Made by a program: the position numbers and the translations under genes
Source of the DNA: Octopus sinensis
Lineage: Eukaryota
Length of the DNA: 64,000 bases
Direction: 5' to 3'
NCBI RefSeq assembly: GCF_006345805.1
Contig: NC_043004.1
Coordinates: 70,866,001 to 70,930,000, forward strand
The notes under the pieces: model-generated
Told to the model about the DNA's origin: nothing
Database searches by the model: none
What the model saw: only the letters and a program-made list of their open reading frames with translations
In this document: positions 25,028 to 37,490 of the stretch, in pieces
How the letters are laid out: each line of letters starts with the position of its first letter
Numbering within the stretch: position 1 is the stretch's first letter

Positions 25028-26902
25028 GTATGTATGTGTATATTTGTGTGTGTGTGTATATATATATATATGTATGCATGTGTATATTTATGCCTGTGTG
25101 TCTGTGTTTGACCTCCCACCCCCACCATCACATAACAGCCGATGTTGATGTGTTTATGTTCCTATAACTTAGCAGTTTGGCAAAAGATAAATTAAGTACC
25201 AGGTACTTACAAATAGTCAATACTGAGGTCGATTCTTTGACTAAAAACCCTTTAAGTCGGTGCTCCAGCATGGCTGCAGTCAAATGACTGAAACAAATAA
25301 GAGAATACATACATAGGCGCAGGAGTGGCTGTGTGGTAAGTAGCTTGCTAACCAACCACATGGTTCCAGGTTCAGTCCCACTGCGTGGCAACTTGGGCAA
25401 ATGTCTTCTGCTATAGCCCCGGGCCGACCAATGCCTTGTGAGTGGATTTGGTAGTTGGAAACTGAAAGAAGCCTGTCGTATATATGTATATATATATGTG
25501 TGTGTATGTGTTTGTGTCTGTGTTTGTCCCCCTGGTGTGTTTACGTCCCCGTCACTTAACGGTTCGGCAAAAGAGACCGATAGAATAAGTACTGGGCTTA
25601 CAAAGAATAAGTTCCGGGGTCGATTTGCTAGACTAAAGGCGGTGCTCCAGCATGGCCGCAGTCAAATGACTGAAACAAGTAAAAGAGTAAAAAGAGAATA
25701 TACACAGGCCACAAGCAGGGACAGGAGCAGGCACAGCCTTGTGGTTAAGACGTTCACTTTACAAGCGTAATGGTCTTAGGTTCAGGCCCACTGTCCAGTG
25801 CTTTGGGCAAGTGTGAACAGGAGAAGCCTAAAGTAAGAAATATTCCAATGTACTAAGGCCTGAAGATCAGAGGCAAATGGTTTCCATATTGCAAGATGAA
25901 AAACTGGCACTCTGTTGGTTACGACGACGAGGGTTCCAGTTGATCTGATCAATGGGACAGCCTGCTTGTGGAATTGACATGCAAGTGGCTGAGTACTCCA
26001 CAGACAGGTGTACCGTTAATGCAGTTCTGAGAGAGATTCAGTGTGACACAGTGTGAAAAAGCTGGCTCTTTGAATTACAGGTTACTACACATTTTTGCCA
26101 GCTGAGTGGACCGGAGCAACATGAAATGAAGTGCCTCGCTCAAGGACACAATGTGTCGCTGGGAATTGAACTCACGACCTTACAATCATGAGCTGAATAC
26201 CTTAACTACTAAGCCATGTGCTTTCCCTCACTGTTTTAACTTCCACTTTTCCACCCTTGTATGGGTCGGATGGAATTTCTTGAGGCAGATTTTCTGACTG
26301 GATGCCCTTCCTGTCACCAACCTTCATCTCTTCCCAAGCAAAGTAATATTGCTAGGGCATTGATAGACAGAAACTGTGTAGAAGCCTGTATTGTGTGCAT
26401 ATTGTAGGTACAGGCATGGCTGCCTTGTAAGAAGATTGTTTTCCAATCACTTGGTTTTGGGTTCAGTTCCTCTTTGTGACACCTTGGCCAAATGTCTTTT
26501 ACTATAGCCCTGGGCTGACCAAAGTCTTGTCAGTGGATCTCATCATCAACGTCAACATTTAATGTCCGTTTTCCATGCTAACATGGGTTGGATGGCTTGA
26601 CAGGAACTGGCAAAACCAGGAGCTGCATCAGGTCCCATAAGCCTGTTGTGACTTAGTTTCTATGGCTGGATGCTCTTCCATCCTTCCTAATACCAACCAC
26701 TTAACAGATTGTACTGGGTACATGGCACCAGTACTTTTTATGTGGCGCCATCACCAGAGCTTTTTATGTGGCACCATCACCAGAGCTTTTTATGTGGCAC
26801 CATCACCAGAGCTTTTTACATGACACCTTGATTTTAGGATTTTAATTCTATTGTAGTGAATAGGACCTGGTAAGCAAAAACTGAAAAGCTTGTCGTATAT
26901 GT

Positions 26903-26936
<34 letters not shown>

Positions 26937-28806
26937 GTATGTATGTGTATATTTGTGTGTGTGTGTATATATATATATATGTATGCATGTGTATATTTAT
27001 GCCTGTGTGTCTGTGTTTGATCTCCCACCCCCACCATCACATAACAGCCGATGTTGATGTGTTTATGTTCCTATAACTTAGCAGTTTGGCAAAAGATAAA
27101 TTAAGTACCAGGTACTTACAAATAGTCAATACTGAGGTCGATTCTTTGACTAAAAACCCTTTAAGTCGGTGCTCCAGCATGGCTGCAGTCAAATGACTGA
27201 AACAAATAAGAGAATACATACATAGGCGCAGGAGTGGCTGTGTGGTAAGTAGCTTGCTAACCAACCACATGGTTCCAGGTTCAGTCCCACTGCGTGGCAA
27301 CTTGGGCAAATGTCTTCTGCTATAGCCCCGGGCCGACCAATGCCTTGTGAGTGGATTTGGTAGTTGGAAACTGAAAGAAGCCTGTCGTATATATGTATAT
27401 ATATATGTGTGTGTATGTGTTTGTGTCTGTGTTTGTCCCCCTGGTGTGTTTACGTCCCCGTCACTTAACGGTTCGGCAAAAGAGACCGATAGAATAAGTA
27501 CTGGGCTTACAAAGAATAAGTTCCGGGGTCGATTTGCTAGACTAAAGGCGGTGCTCCAGCATGGCCGCAGTCAAATGACTGAAACAAGTAAAAGAGTAAA
27601 AAGAGAATATACACAGGCCACAAGCAGGGACAGGAGCAGGCACAGCCTTGTGGTTAAGACGTTCACTTTACAAGCGTAATGGTCTTAGGTTCAGGCCCAC
27701 TGTCCAGTGCTTTGGGCAAGTGTGAACAGGAGAAGCCTAAAGTAAGAAATATTCCAATGTACTAAGGCCTGAAGATCAGAGGCAAATGGTTTCCATATTG
27801 CAAGATGAAAAACTGGCACTCTGTTGGTTACGACGACGAGGGTTCCAGTTGATCTGATCAATGGGACAGCCTGCTTGTGGAATTGACATGCAAGTGGCTG
27901 AGTACTCCACAGACAGGTGTACCGTTAATGCAGTTCTGAGAGAGATTCAGTGTGACACAGTGTGAAAAAGCTGGCTCTTTGAATTACAGGTTACTACACA
28001 TTTTTGCCAGCTGAGTGGACCGGAGCAACATGAAATGAAGTGCCTCGCTCAAGGACACAATGTGTCGCTGGGAATTGAACTCACGACCTTACAATCATGA
28101 GCTGAATACCTTAACTACTAAGCCATGTGCTTTCCCTCACTGTTTTAACTTCCACTTTTCCACCCTTGTATGGGTCGGATGGAATTTCTTGAGGCAGATT
28201 TTCTGACTGGATGCCCTTCCTGTCACCAACCTTCATCTCTTCCCAAGCAAAGTAATATTGCTAGGGCATTGATAGACAGAAACTGTGTAGAAGCCTGTAT
28301 TGTGTGCATATTGTAGGTACAGGCATGGCTGCCTTGTAAGAAGATTGTTTTCCAATCACTTGGTTTTGGGTTCAGTTCCTCTTTGTGACACCTTGGCCAA
28401 ATGTCTTTTACTATAGCCCTGGGCTGACCAAAGTCTTGTCAGTGGATCTCATCATCAACGTCAACATTTAATGTCCGTTTTCCATGCTAACATGGGTTGG
28501 ATGGCTTGACAGGAACTGGCAAAACCAGGAGCTGCATCAGGTCCCATAAGCCTGTTGTGACTTAGTTTCTATGGCTGGATGCTCTTCCATCCTTCCTAAT
28601 ACCAACCACTTAACAGATTGTACTGGGTACATGGCACCAGTACTTTTTATGTGGCGCCATCACCAGAGCTTTTTATGTGGCACCATCACCAGAGCTTTTT
28701 ACATGACACCTTGATTTTAGGATTTTAATTCTATTGTAGTGAATAGGACCTGGTAAGCAAAAACTGAAAAGCTTGTCGTATATGTTTGTGTGTGTGTGTG
28801 TGTGTG
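24985..28806. repeat. Near-identical ~1.9 kb tandem duplication (period 1909 bp)
   Basis: Identical ORF pairs offset by 1909 (25128/27037, 25438/27347). The junctions lie in (GT)n tracts at about 24985, 26905 and 28790. Confidence 0.95.
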
Positions 28807-29034
28807 TTAGTTACTGTTTCTTTCTCTGATTTTGCCTGATAGTTGTGAACAAGTATCCTTGTCATACAAGCAACACCCTTTGTTTCCAGTCTTTTGTGAA
28901 AATATTTCTGGTCTTGGAGAAATATTATCTTACTTTCAAACAGATGAGGGTTGGGGGTCAGGGGAGCATCCAGCTATAGGGAAACCACCTCAGCAAATTC
29001 CCTTTGACTGATGCAAGAATGTGCAAAGTGGACA

Positions 29035-29258
29035 TTGACCCTTTAGCATTCAGATTTCTCTGTCAAATATGTTTAATTATTCACATTGATTTGAATTAGC
29101 CATGCATTACTTCGTAGCTTCAAGATTTCAATGATGTGATTGTTTGTTTTTAGAATGACATTGTAGGGTAGGTGTGAGAGGCTGGATCTGATCAGTTTGT
29201 ACATAAAACAGATAGAATATTTGGCTGGATGTGGCCAGATTAAATGCTAAAGGGTTAA
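29035..29258. mobile_element. TTAA MITE family 2
   Basis: TTGACCCTTTAGCATT ... AATGCTAAAGGGTTAA. Related copies at about 5130, 7449-7676, 44650-45075 and 58890-59150. Confidence 0.75.
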
Positions 29259-30910
29259 AACAATGATTTCAATAATGATTGCGTGTGCATGTGGAAGTTG
29301 GCATTTCCACTTCTTACGTGAAATCGTCTGAGTAAAAAGACAGTGCCATTGTATTTACATATCTACATTATCTATCAGCTCTATGTCCATAATCAAAATA
29401 GTGAAATGAAAACTCCCTTTCTTGTAAAACAGAGAAGCATTTGCCTTTAAAAAAATATTTTCTGAAATAAGTACCTGTCTCATCTATGCTAGCATAGAAA
29501 ATCATCATCATCATAATTATCATTATTCGATGCCCATTTTCCATGCTGACATGGGTTGAATGGGTTGACAGGAGATGCAAAGGCCGGGAGCCATACGAAA
29601 TTCCATAGTCTTGCTTTGGCATGGATACTATAGCTGGATTCCCTTAATGCCAACCACTTTGCAGAGTATACTGGGTGCTTTTTATATGGCACCAGCACCA
29701 GTGCCTTCTTATTTCTTTACTGCCCACAAGGGGCTGCACACAGAGGGGACAAACAAGGACAGACAAACGGATTAAGTCGATTATATCAACCCCAGTGCGT
29801 AACTGGTACTTATTTTAATCGACCCTGAAAGGATGAAAGGCAAAGTTGACCTCAGCAGAACTTGAACTCAGAACGTAGCGGCAGACGAAATGCCGTTAAT
29901 CATTTCGCCTGGCGTAAAAATGTTTCTGCTGGCTCGCTGCCTTCACCAGTGCCTTCTATGCGACACCAGCACCAATACTTTCCACATGGCACCAGTATGG
30001 ATGTAAAAGGATCAGAGAATACAAATATGTGTTTGTGGTGGGGGTTGGTTTAACAACTTTTCATAATAACACTTCCGTGCCTGTTTCTCTTCAGTTTGTA
30101 AGACTATGGGCCCTATTGTAGTGTCATCGTTCCATATAAACTACACCTTAATGATGCCTCGAATTCCTTTTATTGGTGCAAGCATAGCTGTGTGGTTAAG
30201 CAGCTTGCTTCCCACCACATGGTCTTGGGTTCAATCCAACTGCATAACACTTTGTGCTTGTGTCTTCTACTAATGTCCTGGGCTTATTAAAGCCCAGTCA
30301 GTGAAATTGGTGTATATGTATGGCTTACATACATGGCATTCCATTGGTTATGATGGCGAGGGTTCCAGTTGATCTGATCAATGGAATAACCTGCTCATGA
30401 AATTAATATGCAAGTGACAGAGCACCCCACAAACACACATAATGTAGTCCTCAGGGAGATTCATTGTGACTCGTATGACGAAGCTAACCCTTTGAAATAC
30501 AGGTATTACTCGTTTTTGTCAGCTGAGTGGACTGGAGCAACAGGAAATGAAGTGTCTTGCCCAAGGACATAATACAGTGCCAGGAATTGAACTCATGATC
30601 TTAAGATTGTGAGCCAGATGCTCTCTATATATTCCTTTACTTTTTTACTTGTTTCAGTCATTTGACTGTGGCCATGCTGGAGCACTGCCTTTAGTCGAAG
30701 AAATCAACCCCAGGACTTATTCTTTGTAAGCCTGGTACTTATTCTATTGTTCTCTTTTTGCCGAACTGCTATGTTATGAGGGATGTAAACACACCAACAT
30801 CAGTTGTCAAGTGATAATTGGAGGACAAACACAAACACACACACAGATATATATATATATATACATATACATATGCATATATATATATATATATATACAC
30901 ACACATATAC

Positions 30911-30953
<43 letters not shown>

Positions 30954-32784
30954 CATATATATATATATTATATATATATATATATATATATCTATATATA
31001 TATATATATATATATCTATATATATATATATACATACATACATATATTTATACATACACGACTGGCTTCTTTCAGTTTCCTTCTACCAAATCCACTCACA
31101 AAGCTTTGATTAGCTCAAGGCTATATAGTAGAAGACACACTTACTCAAAGTGCCACATAGTAGGACTGAACCATGTAGTTGGTAAGCAAGCTACTTACTA
31201 CACAACTACTCCTGTGCCTATTTGAGAAACATTTAGAATATCTTTTTTTTTGTCTGTAAATGATTTATTTGCTACAAGAGCAACATATAGGGGACATTAC
31301 AAGGACAGGTTATAGTGTTGGTGGGTCTAGTTTACTTAGAAATTTGTTGACTATGTGATTTAGTACTCAACTGGGAAAGACATGGATCTCATTTTATACA
31401 CTCATATATGTGTGTGAAGGAGCATGGTTCAATGGTTAGCATTTAGCCCACAATTGTGAGGTTGTGAGTTCAGTTCCCATATCGGGCTGTGTGTTGTGTT
31501 CTTGAGCTTGACACTTTGTTTCACTTTGCCCCAGTTCATCTGTAGAAATAAGTTGTGATGTCACTGGTGTCAAGGTGTATCGTCCTTTGCCTTTCCCTTG
31601 GATAACATCAGTGGCGTGGAGAGGGGAGGCTGGTATGCATGGACAACTGCTGGTCTTCCATAAAACGACCTTGCCTGGGCTTGTACCTTGTAGTGGAACT
31701 TTCTAGCTGCAATTCATGGCTATTCATGACCGAAGGGAGTTGTACCTTCTACTTTATGCACAAATAAATGGTGCAGAGAGGGGAGGCTGGTATGCATGGG
31801 TAACTGCTGGCTCTTCCATAAAAACAACCTTACCTGGGCTTGTGCCTCGGAGGGGAACTTTCTAGGCGCAATCCCATGGTCATTCATAGCTGAAGGGAAT
31901 CTTTACCCATTACCCTATATGTGTGTGTGTGTGTGTATGTATACCATCATTGTTTTAGTGTCTACTTTCCAATGCTTGTACAAATAAAAAAAAAACCGGT
32001 TGAAGTAGATCTCTCATAGCCGGATGTTCTTCTTTTTATCAACCTTTATGTTTGCAAGCGAGGTGATATGTTCCCCTAGTCTGGACATGTCATGGAAGAT
32101 TGCAAACATCACTGCTTGTATGATGGTTATGTTTGTTTACAATTAGCAAGACAAAGTGATGCAAGACAAAGTGACAGAAACACACATACACACTTATTTA
32201 CACACACACATCGACATGCATAACACATATAATATAAAATAGGCTTATTTTCAGTTTTTTTTTTGTGTACCAAATTCACTCACAAGGGCTTTGTTTGACC
32301 CAGGGCTATAACAGACACTTGCACAAGGTGGCATACAGTGGTATTAAATCTAATAACCACACTGTTATGTCTATTATATGTAGACATATATATAGACAGG
32401 CGCAGGAGTGGCTGTGTGGTAAGTAGCTTGCTTACCAACCACATGGTTCCGGGTTCAGTTCTACTGTGTGGCACCTTGGGCAAGTGTCTTCTACTATAGC
32501 CTTGGGCCTACCAAAGTCTTGTGAGTGGATTTGGTAGATGGAAACTGGAAGAAGTCTGTTGTATATATGTATGTATATGTATGTGTGTGTATATGTTTGT
32601 GTGTCTGTGTTTGTCCCCCAACATCGCTTAACAACCGATGCTTAATGGTAACTTAGTGGTTTGGCAAAAGAACCTGATAGAATAAGTACTAGGCTTACAA
32701 AGAATAAGTCTGGGGATCGATTTCTTTGACTAAAGGTGGTGCTCCAGCATGGCCACAGTCAAATGACTGAAACAAGTAAAAGAG

Positions 32785-32858
<74 letters not shown>

Positions 32859-33222
32859 ATATATATATATACATATATATATACATACATATATATATAT
32901 ATATGCATAGTCAATAGATGAGCTCCAGAGATTCTCAGCATAGAAGACAGTAGTGCTCAAATGATTCAAACTTAGATACCATTGTCTTTATAGGGATCAA
33001 TTCCATGGGGTAAAGAATTTGTTGTAAGAGGGATGGGGTTGAGCAGATATGGAGACAGTTATGTGGATAAACAAATTGCATATATTAAATATACTACTTA
33101 TATATATATATGCACGCATATACATCTATCTATATAATTACACATATTTATATATGGTATACATTGGTACCCAATCCAATATAATCTGTAGATCCAAGTG
33201 TGGCATATGTATAAAAAAGAAC

Positions 33223-33452
33223 ACAAGTGGGGTTTAAAATTCACAACAGCTGTTTCAGCAGCATTTTATTGATGCATTCTTAGATTACATCATGGCAAAA
33301 ATCTGCCATCGGTAGGTAAACTTTAAACAGAGGCCATATAATCATGTCTAAAGTTTACCTGATGATGGCAGATTTTTGCCATGATGTAATCTAAGAATGC
33401 ATCAATAAAATGCTGCTGAAACAGCTGTTGTGAATTTTAAACCCCATTTGTA
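33223..33452. repeat. Long inverted repeat with an 83-bp perfect stem
   Basis: 33228-33310 is the exact reverse complement of 33364-33446, with imperfect extensions on both sides. Confidence 0.95.
33350..33438 (+). ncRNA. Type I hammerhead ribozyme motif, second family
   Basis: AAAGTTTAC pairs with GTGAATTTT (9-bp stem I). CTGATGA at 33359-33365, GGCAG/CTGCT stem II extended by ATTTT/AAAAT, GAAA at 33418-33421, palindromic stem III A-CAGCTG-T, H17=T. Confidence 0.75.
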
Positions 33453-33594
33453 TTTTTCTTATATATATATATATAATATATATATATGTATATATATATT
33501 ATATTAATAATAATAATAATAATATCAGGGAGTATAACTCCAAACTTACAGGGAAAAATTCAATTTAGTATTAAGTCAAATTTCACAATATAAA

Positions 33595-33850
33595 TATATA
33601 AAAATATAAATTAGAGATAAAACCATTATCATGCAACTCAAACAGTGATAGACATAAACCAAAACATGAATAACAAATAATATATATTTTTATAAAACAT
33701 AACTAGATCTCAAAAAGTATAAAAATGAATGATCAGTATTTAATGTTTTATAAAAATATATATTATTTGTTATTTATGCTTTGGTTTATGTCTATCACTA
33801 TTTGAATTGCATAATAGTGGTTTTATCTCTAATTTATATTTTATATATAT
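33595..33850. repeat. AT-rich inverted repeat (~100-bp arms)
   Basis: TATAAATTAGAGATAAAACCA...TTTTATAAAACAT mirrors ATGTTTTATAAAA...TGGTTTTATCTCTAATTTATA. The few differences are transitions. Confidence 0.9.
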
Positions 33851-34198
33851 ATAAATGTATCTATGTATCACATGCTTTATGCATGACAGTGTGAACTATT
33901 GTCAGTATACTTTGTTAAATCAGTTCTTGGAAAAAATAACAAAAATAGGCTCAGGAGTGGCTATGTGGTAAGAAGCTTGCTTCCCAACCACATGGTTCTA
34001 GGTTCAGTCCCACTGCATGGCACTTTTAGCAAGTGTCTTTTATTATAGTCTCAGGCTGACCAAGGCCTTGTGAGTTGATTTGGTAGATGGAAACTGAAAG
34101 AAGTCCATCGTATATATAAGTATATGTATATATTTATGTGTGTGCTTGCGTATGTGTCTTTTTTTTCCCCTTGCCATTTCTTTACAACCAATGCTGGT

Positions 34199-34341
34199 AC
34201 ATTATTTACATTTGATGGATATTTGTCCTCATCTTGTTTGTTGTTAACGCAACATTTCAGCTGATATACCCTCCAGACTTCATCAGATGTCTTGGGGGAA
34301 ATTTGGAACTAGGGTTCTCATTCTTAAGGTATTTTCCAATG

Positions 34342-34372
<31 letters not shown>

Positions 34373-34449
34373 CATTATTATTCAGGTCATTGCGACTAAA
34401 CTCAAGATTCTGAGTTTGATTCCAAGCAGTGACCTGAATAATAATGATG

Positions 34450-34485
<36 letters not shown>

Positions 34486-34655
34486 TCGAAAAATACCTTA
34501 GGAATGTGAACCCAGGTTCGAAATTTCCCCAAGACAATTGATGAAGGCTGGAGGGTATATCAGCTGAAAAGTGTTAACAACAAACAAGATGAGGACAAAT
34601 ATCTGTCAAATGTAAATAATGTAAATAATTCCTCATCTCTTAAATATAGAACTGT
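34199..34655. mobile_element. Palindromic tRNA-head + hammerhead element, copy 2, inserted into a SINE
   Basis: Same arm sequences as 9010-9640 with the centre deleted and the tail on the right. Flanked by a degenerate 13-bp duplication AACCAATGCTGGT (34186-34198) / AACTAATGTTGGT (34656-34668). Hammerhead cores are partly decayed (TTGATGA; GAAATGTT). Confidence 0.8.
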
Positions 34656-34823
34656 AACTAATGTTGGTGTGTTTATGTCCTCATAACTTTGCAGTTTGGC
34701 AAAAAGAGACTGATGGAATAAGTACTAGGCTTACAAAGAATAAGTTCTGGAGTTGGTGCTCCAGCATGGCTGCAGTCAAATGATTGAAATACATAAAAGA
34801 ATGAAAGAAAACATTAAAATATA

Positions 34824-35022
34824 TTAACCCTTTCATTACCAATCTGGCTGAAACCGGCTCTGGCTCTGTAGGACAAATTTCTTGTTTTCACAAGTTTTGA
34901 ATTAAAATCTTCCACCAAACCGTAGTCACAATTTATGTTCCCAACACTAGCTTAATTATAACTAAGTTATTTTACTAAATATCTCAAGCATCTTGAAATC
35001 AATACAGTAACGAAAGGGTGAG
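34824..35022. mobile_element. TTAA MITE family 1 (internal deletion)
   Basis: TTAACCCTTTCATTACC ... GTAACGAAAGGGT. Confidence 0.75.
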
Positions 35023-36339
35023 AAAAATGTGACTTATCACTGATATTGTATATAAACATTATAAATTTATACTTCAGTGAAAACTGAATAACAAAATCGA
35101 AATTGGAGCTGTACTTCCTGAAAGCTAAAAACAGTTTGTAGAAAGCAAACATTTTTTAAAAATACTTACATAAAACCAAATTGGAAAAATGTTTTCAGAA
35201 ACTTAATTTTGAAATTAAAATAAAATTAAAATAAACAGGATGAATCACTGGTCCATAGCATTCTTTCAGGACATAAACCTGCTGTTTGAAAACTATGACA
35301 GAGTCATCAGCTTTGTCTGAGGAGACACAGAGATGTCAAAACACTGGGTGTCTTAGTGTGTCCCTATGCTAATGATTTTAGTGTTATAAAACAAACATTC
35401 ATCTGAAAGGTGAAGTTACTGTTCAATGATGAAATAGAACACTGATTAACATGTTTGGATTTTTTGCTTGGCTACCAATTTTCAATCTCTTCAATTTCTG
35501 TTTGAATTGATTTCATATTTGGTGTAATGATGTAGTTTTATATGCTAATCAATACCATGAAATTTATTTTCTCTATAAATCAATAAATAGCGTGTTATTA
35601 GCTTTTAAAGTTTGCAAATCTTGGGTAATTTTAGCAAATCGTAAGCCACAGACATTCTCACCTGTTTCCATAATAACAAGCCAAACGTGAGAACTCTTTT
35701 GTCTGTGAGATAGCACTTGTTGATTTATTTATAGTTTCATATTAAAGCACATTACACACAAAAATGACAGCTTCTAAATCCTGTTTTCTGACTTGGTGGA
35801 AATTGTCAAACTTTAAACCCCGATAACTTTGTTTAAAAACTTTTCTGGAAAAAGCGAAATATCTCCTAAGATTCAACTTGGAAAACTACATTAATACACC
35901 AAATTAAAAATTTCAATTAACTTAGAAACATCCACAACTGCAGGCAAACAGAAAGGGTTCACGTATTTACATTTGAATCTACTGGGAGGTATATAGATTG
36001 AATATATAAGTCACTATTTTGATTCTTGCCACTTACCATGATTTATTACTATTTCTATGTTGTCTGGTATATGTTGTAAATACTTATCTTCTATTGTATT
36101 GATACTTGTTTTCTGCTTTTGCCATTAAAGTAACATTTAAAAAAAAAAAGTAAATTCTCAAGATTCATATATCATTGACAAGATTTCTAAAATTTGTTTT
36201 ATTTATTTTTTCTATTCCAGAGTATATTTCTTGAAAAATAAAATAGACCAACACACAAACAGCACTGCCCTGTAGTTTCTATTCAGCAACTCTGGTATCT
36301 GAATTACTGTTTTGTTTGCTTTTAAATTTATTAAATTAT

Positions 36340-37490
36340 CATTATTATTATTCTATGTTTGACTTTTGCTTTACATTTGTACAAGTTGGCTCCAAGTCTC
36401 ACCCAGAGATCTCAAGAGACTAGTTAGAAGTTCATGTTGGTATTATGTCCAGGGTGCCATATATTTAGTTCTGTACATAGTGTTGTTCTAGAGAATGTTT
36501 AAGAAACCATAAGAAAATTATGAGTTTGTTTTAAAATTTGAGATTACATAGAAAGTATTTTGCGTAGGATATGGGCAGTTCCCATGAGCACTATCTTTTG
36601 AACTTCTGCCATTTTGGGGTTTCCTGGTATCTGAGCTAGGTAGCAATCAGCCCCTTTTGCCTCCTCCTCCTCCCCCCACACCACCTCCCCCTCCCCCTCC
36701 TCGTCCTCCACCTGGAAGGAGATACGAAACAATCAGCCCCTTTTGCTATCATTCCTAGGGTGCCTATGACAACAGGTATTGTTCTAGTTTTCAGGTTTCA
36801 CATTTTACCAATTTCTATTTCAAGATCTTTATATTTACTCAGTTTTTGGTAGGTCTTGATAAATACATTTATGTCAGTTGGGACAGTCATATCAATGAGA
36901 TGTCATGATTTTGTCTGAAATCATTCAGTATAATGTCTGGCCTCATTGCATCTCTCAGTTTGAACAGTAAAGTTCCAGAAGAGTGAGATGTGATCATTTT
37001 CAAGCACTGGAAGTGGTTTGTGTTTCCACCAGTTTTTATCATGGGGCAAGTCCAGGCCTTTGCAGATTATCCAGTGAATATATTGTGCTGCTCTATCATG
37101 CCTGTTGAGATACTCTGTGGGCGCAAGAAGGCTGCACATGGAGACAACATGATCAATGGTTTCTGCTTCTTGTTTACATTCACAACATTTTGGGCTACTG
37201 CCGTTCTTTAAGATGTTGGCCTGGTAGCTTCTTGTAGGTGGGCATTGATCTTGGGCTGCTATGATAAACCCTTCTGTCTCTGATTTTAAGCCAAAAAGCA
37301 TTAACCATTGACGAGTAAGGGCTTTGTGAATATCAGCATTATTAGCTCTCTTTGCATGTTTGCCATTGAGCAGTTTTTCTTACCATTTACCAGTAAGAAT
37401 ATCTAAGGCAGCAGTTTTACCAAGGGTTTTTATATGCTCAGTTTTTTTTCAGTACTTGTTTTCAGTACGTCTTATTCTGGGATTTTTATC
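36340..37490 (-). mobile_element. R4/Dong-like RLE non-LTR retrotransposon 3' fragment
   Basis: LKSETEGFIIAAQDQ, CCHC knuckle CxxC...ETIDHVVSMC, YLNRHD, and C-terminal VQKIVLMGTAHILRKIL. The 3' end runs into (AAT)n. Confidence 0.85.

Noticed and set aside
35280-35350. Possible decayed hammerhead pair (TCATCAG ... CTGAGGA-GACA..TGTC-AAAAC)
   Set aside because: GAAA is absent and stems I and III are unconvincing. It cannot be supported without homologues.
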